From contig DBOM01000062.1 of the NCBI GenBank assembly GCA_002299965.1, forward strand, positions 16,279 to 80,278: a stretch of DNA of 64,000 bases, written 5' to 3'. The notes beneath the pieces were generated by a model that was not told where the DNA came from, did no database searches, and saw only the letters and a program-made list of their open reading frames with translations. Origin of the DNA: Caldiserica bacterium UBA646. GTDB taxonomy: Bacteria > Caldisericota > Caldisericia > Caldisericales > Caldisericaceae. Below, piece by piece: positions 1-7,183 of this stretch (positions within the stretch are counted from its first letter, which is position 1; every line of letters starts with the position of its first letter). The position numbers were made by a program, and so were the translations under genes.

Positions 1-1717
1 ATTTAACCTTTTCATCTTCAAGATAAAGAGAATCTTTATCATAATGATATGCTGCATGTATAACCTCAAATATCTTATCCCTCATTTCAAGTGCAGCCCT
101 CTTAACAGCATTACCACTAGCCCATGTTACATGAGATGCAACAGTTTGCCAATGATAGGGATTTCTATCCGTATCAGGAAGTTCAACTCTTATCTTTTCA
201 ATTGGAACAGTAAGAATCTCTGCAGCAACTTGAGCCATAACTGTAAGATATCCTTGCCCTAATTCCATGCCAGAAACAAGAATATTCAAACTTCCGTCTT
301 CATTGAATTTTATAAAGGCAGAAGTTGTAACGTTTGGTGGCATTGCAGGTGCTTTCCAGAAAATAGATAAACCTTTCCCAATTGCTTTGTTTGGATCTTT
401 TGATTCTTCTTTTTTACCCCATTCGATTTCATCAGCAACTTTATCAATTGCTTCAAGAAGTCCATTTGGATTCATTGGTGCACCATAAGCAACAGGATCT
501 CCCTCCTTTATTCCATTTTTTCTTCTGAACTCTGCTTGATCCATGCCTATAGCATTTGCAATTCTTGTCATATGCGACTCAACCGAAAATGACATCTCCG
601 AATATCCAAAACCTCTGTAAGGACCTGCTGCAGGAAGATTCGTATAGATACAGTATGAATCAATTGACACATTTGGTATTCTATAGGGACCTGTTGCTGA
701 CAAACCTGATGCGTTCACAACATTTGCACCGTACTCAGCATACGGACCAGCATCCCAGTAGTTTGCCATTTCAAATGCAGTTATTGTTCCATCCTTCTTT
801 ACTCCGACTTTTATCTTTGTAACAACCTGTTGCCTCATATACGTATTATAAAACTCCTGGTCTCTTCTCCACATAACCTTAACAGGGTGTCCCTTTACGG
901 TCGTTGCCAGAGCAGCAGCGACAATCTCCATTGTTACCCCAGCTTTCCCACCAAAGCCACCACCAACAAACGGAGCTATTACTCTAATATCCTTGTGTGA
1001 AAAACCAAGAGGAGCAAGTGCATCAGCAAAAAGGTTTCTCTGTGTATAAGGGGATTGAGTACTTGCCCAAACAGTTAATCTCCCTGAATAATCAAGCAGC
1101 CCAACTGCTATATGGGTCTCAAGGCAACAATGAGCATATCTTGGAACTCTGTAAGTATCTTCAAGAATAAAATCTGCATCTTTAAATCCTTTCTCGGCAT
1201 TTCCTTTCCTAAGTTTTAAACGATGGGTAATATTTGTGCCACCTTTTGGAAAAAACCATGGCACATGAGGGTAATTTTTAAGGTCTGGGTGAATGACAAC
1301 AGCATCTTCCTTCAATGCTTCAATCGGATCAAAAACTGGTTGAAGAGGTTCGTATTCAACCTTAACTAATTTTGCAGCTTTTTGTGCAGTCCTTGGATCT
1401 CTTGCAATAACTGCTGCAACCTGCTCTCCAATAAATCTCACCCTATCCTGAGCAAATATATACCTATCCTTCATGTATAGGCCAAACTTGTAAGGAAAGT
1501 CTTTTCCCGTAACAACTTTCACAACACCTTCCATTTTCTCTGCTTCACTTGTATCAATACTCTTTATCAGTGCATGCGGATGAGGGCTTTCAATTATTTC
1601 AGCATAAAGAAGATTTGGTCCAAACTCAATGTCATCTACATACTTTGCAGCACCAGTTACTTTTTCCCTTTCATCTAATCTTTTTACTGATTTTCCAATA
1701 AATTTGAATTCTTCCAT
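1..1717 (-). CDS. Xanthine dehydrogenase/aldehyde oxidase-family molybdopterin-binding large subunit (3' end runs off the left window edge)
   Basis: Absent from the ORF track because it has no stop inside the window. My own minus-strand translation from ATG 1717..1715 (SD-like AAGGAGAGGAGA just upstream) gives MEEFKFIGKSVKRLDEREKVTGAAKYVDDIEFG. Further in it gives APFVGGGFGGKAG, which contains the GGGFGGK signature of Mo-hydroxylase large subunits. It directly follows the FAD and 2Fe-2S subunit genes. Confidence 0.85.
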   Translation of the reverse strand, partial: MEEFKFIGKSVKRLDEREKVTGAAKYVDDIEFGPNLLYAEIIESPHPHALIKSIDTSEAEKMEGVVKVVTGKDFPYKFGLYMKDRYIFAQDRVRFIGEQVAAVIARDPRTAQKAAKLVKVEYEPLQPVFDPIEALKEDAVVIHPDLKNYPHVPWFFPKGGTNITHRLKLRKGNAEKGFKDADFILEDTYRVPRYAHCCLETHIAVGLLDYSGRLTVWASTQSPYTQRNLFADALAPLGFSHKDIRVIAPFVGGGFGGKAGVTMEIVAAALATTVKGHPVKVMWRRDQEFYNTYMRQQVVTKIKVGVKKDGTITAFEMANYWDAGPYAEYGANVVNASGLSATGPYRIPNVSIDSYCIYTNLPAAGPYRGFGYSEMSFSVESHMTRIANAIGMDQAEFRRKNGIKEGDPVAYGAPMNPNGLLEAIDKVADEIEWGKKEESKDPNKAIGKGLSIFWKAPAMPPNVTTSAFIKFNEDGSLNILVSGMELGQGYLTVMAQVAAEILTVPIEKIRVELPDTDRNPYHWQTVASHVTWASGNAVKRAALEMRDKIFEVIHAAYHYDKDSLYLEDEKVK

Positions 1718-1730
1718 TTCTCCTCTCCTT

Positions 1731-2201
1731 TTATTTTTTATCAACATCTTTTTTCTCTACATCAAGTACCGCCTCGATTATAGGAGTATAGCCAGTACAT
1801 CTGCATAGATTCCCTGATAGGCCTTCTTTTACTTCTTCCTCTGTTGGGTTTGGATTTTTATTCAAAAGCTCTGTCGCCGACATTATCATTCCCGGGGCAC
1901 AGAACCCACACTGAAATGAACTGTGATCAATAAAAGATTCTTGAAGAGAAGTAAGTTTGTTCTCTGATAATCCTTCAAGTGTTAAAATTTCTTGTCCGTC
2001 AACCTCAATTGCAAGTATTATGCAGGACCTAACGCCTTTACCATTCAATAGAATTGTGCAAGCACCACAGTCTCCTCTTCCACATGCATATTTTATGCTA
2101 TGCATTCCAAGTTTTTCCCTCAAGACATCAACAAGTAAATCATTTGGTTCTACATAAGCATTTCTTTTCTCGCCATTTAAAATAAACGAAATTTTTTTCA
2201 T
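1731..2201 (-). CDS. XDH-family (2Fe-2S)-binding small subunit
   Basis: 156 aa with both cluster motifs, CGRGDCGACT and CGFCAPG...CRCTGY. The size and position between the FAD and Mo subunits are typical. Confidence 0.9.
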   Translation of the reverse strand: MKKISFILNGEKRNAYVEPNDLLVDVLREKLGMHSIKYACGRGDCGACTILLNGKGVRSCIILAIEVDGQEILTLEGLSENKLTSLQESFIDHSSFQCGFCAPGMIMSATELLNKNPNPTEEEVKEGLSGNLCRCTGYTPIIEAVLDVEKKDVDKK

Positions 2202-2210
2202 CTCTTCCTC

Positions 2211-3101
2211 CTAAATTAATTTCTCTCCATAAGCTGGACCATTGCCATCAATTCTTTCAACAGCGGCCTTAATCCCTCTTTCAAGCATAACCTTTGCAAC
2301 ATGTAATCTATACTCCTTTGTAGCCCTCACATCTGTAATTGGAGAGATTTCTTCAGGTATCAATTTTTTCGCCTCTTCAATTAATGAGTCTGTAAGTGGT
2401 TTCCCATTCAAAAGTGCTTCCAGCTTTTTTGCTCTTTTTGGTATTGGTCCAACCGCACAGAATGCTAAACGATATTCATTCCCCTCTAATGCAAGTATGC
2501 CTAAACCAACCTGAGCAAGATCTTCTCCTTTGTATCTACCAAGCTTTACATAGCTTCCTCCATGTTTTCTTTCAGGTAAAGAAAATATAATCTCGCAAAC
2601 CAATTCGCTTTCTTTAAGAGCATTTTTTCTTGGCCCAAGAAACCAATCAAGCGCCGAAATAACTCTTTCTCCTTCTTTGCCCATTACAACAATATCTGCC
2701 TCATACGTAAGAAGGGCAGGACCACTATCAAGTGATGGCACTGCCGAGCAGATGTTCCCTGCTAAAGTCGCTCTATTTCGAACCCCAACAGAAGCAATTG
2801 TTTTTACGGACTCCCAGAAGAAAGGAAATTGTTCCCTTACAATGTCTGAATCAATTAAGTCAGTAAATGTTACAAGTGCTCCAATATGAAGTTTACCTTC
2901 TATAAACTCAAGTTTTCTTAACTCTTCAACTTCTTTAATATTTATAACTGCTTCAGGAAATTCAAGTTCATCCTTAATTCTAACAACCAGATCCGTGCCA
3001 CCTGCAAGAAGACGAGCCTTGCTTTTATATTCACCAAGAAGTTTAATAACGTCTTCAATTTTTTCTGGTCTGAAATACTCAAATTCATGTACTATTGCCA
3101 T
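2211..3101 (-). CDS. XDH-family FAD-binding (medium, CoxM/XdhB-like) subunit
   Basis: 296 aa. N-terminus FEYFRPEKIEDVIKLL...ARLLAGGTDLVV is typical of FAD_binding_5 subunits. GAGGAGG SD lies 6 nt upstream of the ATG. Confidence 0.85.
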   Translation of the reverse strand: MAIVHEFEYFRPEKIEDVIKLLGEYKSKARLLAGGTDLVVRIKDELEFPEAVINIKEVEELRKLEFIEGKLHIGALVTFTDLIDSDIVREQFPFFWESVKTIASVGVRNRATLAGNICSAVPSLDSGPALLTYEADIVVMGKEGERVISALDWFLGPRKNALKESELVCEIIFSLPERKHGGSYVKLGRYKGEDLAQVGLGILALEGNEYRLAFCAVGPIPKRAKKLEALLNGKPLTDSLIEEAKKLIPEEISPITDVRATKEYRLHVAKVMLERGIKAAVERIDGNGPAYGEKLI

Positions 3102-3114
3102 AGTTTCCTCCTCT

Positions 3115-3151
3115 AAAATAAAAAGGGAAGAGTGGAATTTCCACTCTTCCC
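3115..3151 (-). terminator. Intrinsic-terminator-like hairpin between the cyclase gene and the XDH genes
   Basis: The minus strand reads GGGAAGAGTGG-AAATT-CCACTCTTCCC followed by TTTTTATTTT (perfect 11-bp stem). The SD and ATG of the FAD subunit follow immediately. Confidence 0.6.
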
Positions 3152-3164
3152 TTCGAAATTAAAA

Positions 3165-4802
3165 TTATTTTGCTTTCCAGGCTACGAATCTACCCCACAT
3201 TGACTCCGCTTCCATGACTCTTGCAAGAAAACATCCGATGTAGTATCTTCCACTTGGAAGATTTGCAATATCACTCGCAAGATTTTCTGCATGCACAATA
3301 TGTTTCGGAAAGAGTTTTATATGCATAACTTGATAAAATTTCTCAATTGGGTACATCTCATCCCAGTCTTTGCCAAACTGCTCTTTAAGTTTTCGGTTTG
3401 CTTCTTGAAATGTTTTCGGGTGCCATATTCTCATGATTGTGTTCATAGGGTGATCTGCACTAACAGCATCAACTCCTATCCATTTTATCTTCATATTAAT
3501 GGCCCATTCTGCAAAATCTGGTGAAGGACCCGGATGTCGAACCATATACCTAAATTCATCAGAATCCGGGCTATTCCATCCATACTTGTTCCAGCCGGTT
3601 TTTATAATAAGGATATCTCCTTCGTGAATATCTACAACTTTTTTAATCATTTCCGGGGTGTAAACACTCACATCGCTTACCATATCTGAAATATCAGCTA
3701 CAACACCAGGGCCAATCCAATCTTCAAGTGGAACCTGCCCAATTGTTTTACCCGCAGGGTAAAAATGTTTCTCCCCATCCATATGTGTACCAAGATGGAT
3801 ACTTGCATTACATATTGAAGCATTTCTACCAAGACCAAACTGCTGCTGTCCAACTCTTTTAAAGAATTTCACAGTGAGCGGTTCATAGTTTAGCCACTGA
3901 GGTGTTCTTACACTGAATGGTACTGTAAGGTCATACTGTTCCATTGATTCCATGATTTGAATAAACTCTTCATTATTCATGCCGTCTGGTGCTTCATATG
4001 CAGCCAATCTTGTCCATGCTGCTTCTGTTTCCATAAACGGTATAACGCCATTAAAAAACCATACTCTCTTATTTAGAACTTTTTCTATATCTCCTCCAAC
4101 ACTTTCTACAAAAACTAAATGAGACTTTGGAACTTTTATATGCATCAGTTTATAGTATTCTTCGGGGGGGAACATTTCATCCCATTCTTTTCCACAATCC
4201 TCTCTCAATTTTTCTTTTGCCTTTGTAAAATCTCTCTCATGCCAATATTTTATTGGAGTATTCATTGGATGCTCAATACAACCAGCATCAGTTCCAACCC
4301 ATTTTAGCTTCATCTTCATTGCCCATTCAAAGAATTCCATATTTGCCCCGGGATGACGCACCAAAAAATCAAATTCGCTTGCATCAGGTTTATCCCAGGA
4401 ATACTTATTATAACCAGTATAAATAATAAGAATGTCACCTTCTTTTACGTTTGCTCTTTCAGTAATCATTTCCGGGGTAATGATGCCATAATCACTCACC
4501 GCATCCGAAATATCAACAACAACCCCTTGTCCTGAAAGTTCTTTAAGTGGAATGTCGCTAATTGCTCTTCCTCCAGAATGGTATGCTGTTTCACCAACAA
4601 GATGAGTTCCAACAGAATTACTCCAATTCAAGATTTGGCCATTTGCTCCCTGTCCACCGCCATAAGCTCCCGTAACTCTCTTAAAGAAATGTACCTCAAA
4701 AGATTTGTCATGGGGCCAGGGTGGCGTAAAGATACTAACAGGATGTGACAGATCATAAACCTTGGCATTTTTCATTAATTCAAGAAACTTTTCGCTTTCC
4801 AT
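3165..4802 (-). CDS. Internally duplicated cyclase-family (kynurenine formamidase/isatin hydrolase-like) metal hydrolase
   Basis: 545 aa made of two clearly homologous halves, about 1-270 and 271-545 (e.g. GDILIIYTGYNKYSWDKPDASEF vs GDILIIKTGWNKYGWNSPDSDEF). The C-half keeps the HxGTHxD...H motif (IHLGTHMDGEKH). The N-half has SVGTHLVGETAYH instead. Confidence 0.75.
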   Translation of the reverse strand: MESEKFLELMKNAKVYDLSHPVSIFTPPWPHDKSFEVHFFKRVTGAYGGGQGANGQILNWSNSVGTHLVGETAYHSGGRAISDIPLKELSGQGVVVDISDAVSDYGIITPEMITERANVKEGDILIIYTGYNKYSWDKPDASEFDFLVRHPGANMEFFEWAMKMKLKWVGTDAGCIEHPMNTPIKYWHERDFTKAKEKLREDCGKEWDEMFPPEEYYKLMHIKVPKSHLVFVESVGGDIEKVLNKRVWFFNGVIPFMETEAAWTRLAAYEAPDGMNNEEFIQIMESMEQYDLTVPFSVRTPQWLNYEPLTVKFFKRVGQQQFGLGRNASICNASIHLGTHMDGEKHFYPAGKTIGQVPLEDWIGPGVVADISDMVSDVSVYTPEMIKKVVDIHEGDILIIKTGWNKYGWNSPDSDEFRYMVRHPGPSPDFAEWAINMKIKWIGVDAVSADHPMNTIMRIWHPKTFQEANRKLKEQFGKDWDEMYPIEKFYQVMHIKLFPKHIVHAENLASDIANLPSGRYYIGCFLARVMEAESMWGRFVAWKAK

Positions 4803-4827
4803 ACTTACCTCCCTTTAATTTTTATTA

Positions 4828-6072
4828 TTAAGATGCGTATTTCTTTGCAAATGCAACAATAGCATCCTTAAATACTTTCATTGGGGCGTCAACAAGTCCT
4901 GCACCGACTTGCCCAACTCCGGCGTCTTTGTGAGCAACACCAGTATCGAGGAACGGAACAATATTTTTATCGACAACTTTTCTGATGTCTATCCCTGTTG
5001 GTGTACCTCTGCCATCAAAATAAGGAATTTGATAAATATTGTTTTCACCGATTGTAATTTCGTACATTTCAAGGTTTTTAGAAGTTGCAAGTTTAACATT
5101 TCCTCCTACAAATTGAATTATTGCCGGTGCTGCAGCGATTGCAAAGCCACCAAGGCCTGCAGTTTCCATTATTGAGCTATCACCTATATCTCTTCCAACA
5201 TCTTCTTTTTTAAATCCAGGGAAAAGAAGAACATCCGGAATAGGAGCTTCTGTAACAAACCATTCATCACCAAGTCCAGAAACTTGAATACCCCAATCAG
5301 TTCCATTTCTTGACATAGCAGTTACCATAGTACTTCCTTCAATATTTCTTGCAGGGTCAAGAGAGGCCTTGCAACTTGCCATAATAAACGGAAGGAAAGT
5401 ATGAATGTTTGCCTGCATGAAGTTAATTACATCATTTGTTTCTTTTGCATCTTCCATAGTTTCTAGAAGATAAGGCGTTATTTTTGCAAATAATAAATAT
5501 GACGCAGCTCTGCTTCTATTGTGAAGCTCGTCTCCCATCGTAAGAGCTTCTGCTATTATAGGTTTAAGTTCCATTTTCCCAGCCCTTTTTATAGCCTTAC
5601 TTAAAACGGGGAGCATAACATTTTCCATCCACTTCAACCTTTCAATTACATCCGGGGAATATGCACCCATCCTCAGAACCTTTCCAATTCCTTCATTAAG
5701 AGTGTTAAAAGCCACATTGCCAAATGTTTCGTTTTTAACAACAGCAACAGGCATTGATGCAGAAACAATCCCAGCCATTGGTCCCACAGTGCTATGATGA
5801 TGGCAGGGATCGAATTCAATTTCACCGGATGCGGCAAGTGCTGCTGCTTCTTCTGGAGTTTTAGCAAGCCCTTCATACACCAAAACACCCATAACTGCCC
5901 CCTTTTGAGGGCCGCTCATCCTGTCCCAGGTCACCGGTGGACCTGCGTGAAGAATAAGATTTTTCTTCATTCCAGGGATTACATCAATTGCTTTCTCAAC
6001 ACCAATCCAAACCGGTCTTGCATCAAGAAGTCTCTTGAAAGCTTCTTGATTGGCTTTTTCAATGTCTACCAT
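4828..6072 (-). CDS. DUF1116 family protein (E. coli YlbE/AllG-like)
   Basis: 414 aa. The blocks LHAGPP, GPQKGA, FDPCHHHSTVGPMAGIVSASMP, LNEGIGKVLRMGAYSPDV and HKDAGVGQVGAG match my recollection of YlbE. SD AAGGAGG precedes the ATG. Confidence 0.7.
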   Translation of the reverse strand: MVDIEKANQEAFKRLLDARPVWIGVEKAIDVIPGMKKNLILHAGPPVTWDRMSGPQKGAVMGVLVYEGLAKTPEEAAALAASGEIEFDPCHHHSTVGPMAGIVSASMPVAVVKNETFGNVAFNTLNEGIGKVLRMGAYSPDVIERLKWMENVMLPVLSKAIKRAGKMELKPIIAEALTMGDELHNRSRAASYLLFAKITPYLLETMEDAKETNDVINFMQANIHTFLPFIMASCKASLDPARNIEGSTMVTAMSRNGTDWGIQVSGLGDEWFVTEAPIPDVLLFPGFKKEDVGRDIGDSSIMETAGLGGFAIAAAPAIIQFVGGNVKLATSKNLEMYEITIGENNIYQIPYFDGRGTPTGIDIRKVVDKNIVPFLDTGVAHKDAGVGQVGAGLVDAPMKVFKDAIVAFAKKYAS

Positions 6073-6173
6073 GATACCTCCTTGTAAAATTTTTATTGTG
6101 TTTTAAATTGCCCTGGTTTAAGAGATGTTTGAGGACTCGCCTACCGCCAGAACATCCTTTTTTCTATATTTAA

Positions 6174-6202
6174 ATTCTAACAAATTTTTTATCTTCAGTC
6201 AA
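6174..6202 (-). promoter_or_regulatory. Sigma-70-type promoter candidate for the DUF1116 operon
   Basis: The minus strand reads TTGACT - 17 nt - TAGAAT. This would leave a leader of about 95 nt before ATG 6072. Confidence 0.5.
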
Positions 6203-6257
6203 ATTAAAATAAAAAAAAGTTAATCTATCCGATAAAATACTTTAAGACAATGAACAA

Positions 6258-6719
6258 CTATGCTATATATTCTTCTTTAATTGGAATTTTCTTATTTTCA
6301 TTTTCGAAGTAATGCTTTATTGCATCAACCCATTGCTTTGGATGCGGAAGTTCAAAAGCTGCTCTATCGATTTTGTCTCCACTACTGTTAAAATAAAATG
6401 CAAGGCATTTCATCAGGGTAGGTTCATTTTTATGAAAATCTGTAACAGCGATTGATACAAGGTCTTTTGCTGAAATAAAAAGCTCTCTTTTGTCAAACCT
6501 TCCCTTATAATATAATCCATTTTTAAGGAGAATCATTTGTCCACCTGAATCAAGAAGCCTGCCCGGCTCTGATGCCAACCCATAAAAATGCACTCCATAG
6601 CTTGCCATGACAATATCTTCCTCCTTAAACATCCCCCTTACTTTTTTCATGTCCCTCTGGAGAAACCACCTGAAAAAAACAATAGCAAAAATAAATGCCC
6701 CTGTTAAAATATAATACAT
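6258..6719 (-). CDS. Hypothetical membrane-anchored protein (one N-terminal TM helix plus a soluble domain)
   Basis: 153-aa ORF with hydrophobic N-terminus YYILTGAFIFAIVFF. SD GGGGGAG lies upstream. No family recognised. Confidence 0.5.
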   Translation of the reverse strand: MYYILTGAFIFAIVFFRWFLQRDMKKVRGMFKEEDIVMASYGVHFYGLASEPGRLLDSGGQMILLKNGLYYKGRFDKRELFISAKDLVSIAVTDFHKNEPTLMKCLAFYFNSSGDKIDRAAFELPHPKQWVDAIKHYFENENKKIPIKEEYIA

Positions 6720-6738
6720 AAAAATTTCTCCCCCTGAA

Positions 6739-7119
6739 TCATTTAACTCTTTCCAAAAGTACTATTAATCTTCTCATTGCATAGAGATGACGATACCCTT
6801 TTTTAACGTTCATCGCATTTAAAATCGCCTCTGCAATTTCCTCGTTTGTCTTTCCTCTTTTTCTCAGCTTTTGAATTTTTTTTAAATTTACCTGCACAAT
6901 TTTTTCATACCCGCCTGTTTCATTTGTATGAGCATAATAGAAACTCATCAACGATATAAACGCAGCAAGCACAACAAGTATTACAACGTCATAAGAAGGA
7001 CTTTTAATAACATATCTTAATATTGAATTCGGATTTCCTGCATTGAATATCAAGTAGAATACAATTATTGAAAGCACTACAATAATAGTAAAAAAAAATT
7101 TTTTGCCCTGACTGCTCAC
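6739..7119 (-). CDS. Hypothetical small membrane protein (2 TM helices)
   Basis: The ORF track starts at GTG 7131. I prefer the in-frame GTG at 7119 because GGAGG (7129..7125) lies 5 nt upstream of it. Two hydrophobic segments are present. Confidence 0.45.
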   Translation of the reverse strand: MSSQGKKFFFTIIVVLSIIVFYLIFNAGNPNSILRYVIKSPSYDVVILVVLAAFISLMSFYYAHTNETGGYEKIVQVNLKKIQKLRKRGKTNEEIAEAILNAMNVKKGYRHLYAMRRLIVLLERVK

Positions 7120-7134
7120 CTTAACCTCCACAGA

Positions 7135-7161
7135 AGCCAGGAGCGGAAAAAGCTCCTGGCT
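7135..7161 (-). other. GC-rich intercistronic hairpin after the permease gene
   Basis: AGCCAGGAGC-7 nt-GCTCCTGGCT forms a perfect 10-bp stem. There is no U-tract after it on the minus strand, so it looks more like an mRNA processing or stability element than a terminator. Confidence 0.4.
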
Positions 7162-7183
7162 TTAATTAAAAATCATCTAAAAA

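Noticed and set aside
6100-6160. ZTP (pfl)-like or guanidine-type riboswitch in the leader of the DUF1116 operon, prompted by the CUGGCG and CCAGGGCA strings.
   Set aside because: The 3' element lacks the CCGCCUGGGCA consensus, and the P1/P2 pseudoknot architecture cannot be drawn. I kept it only as an unclassified hairpin (see findings).
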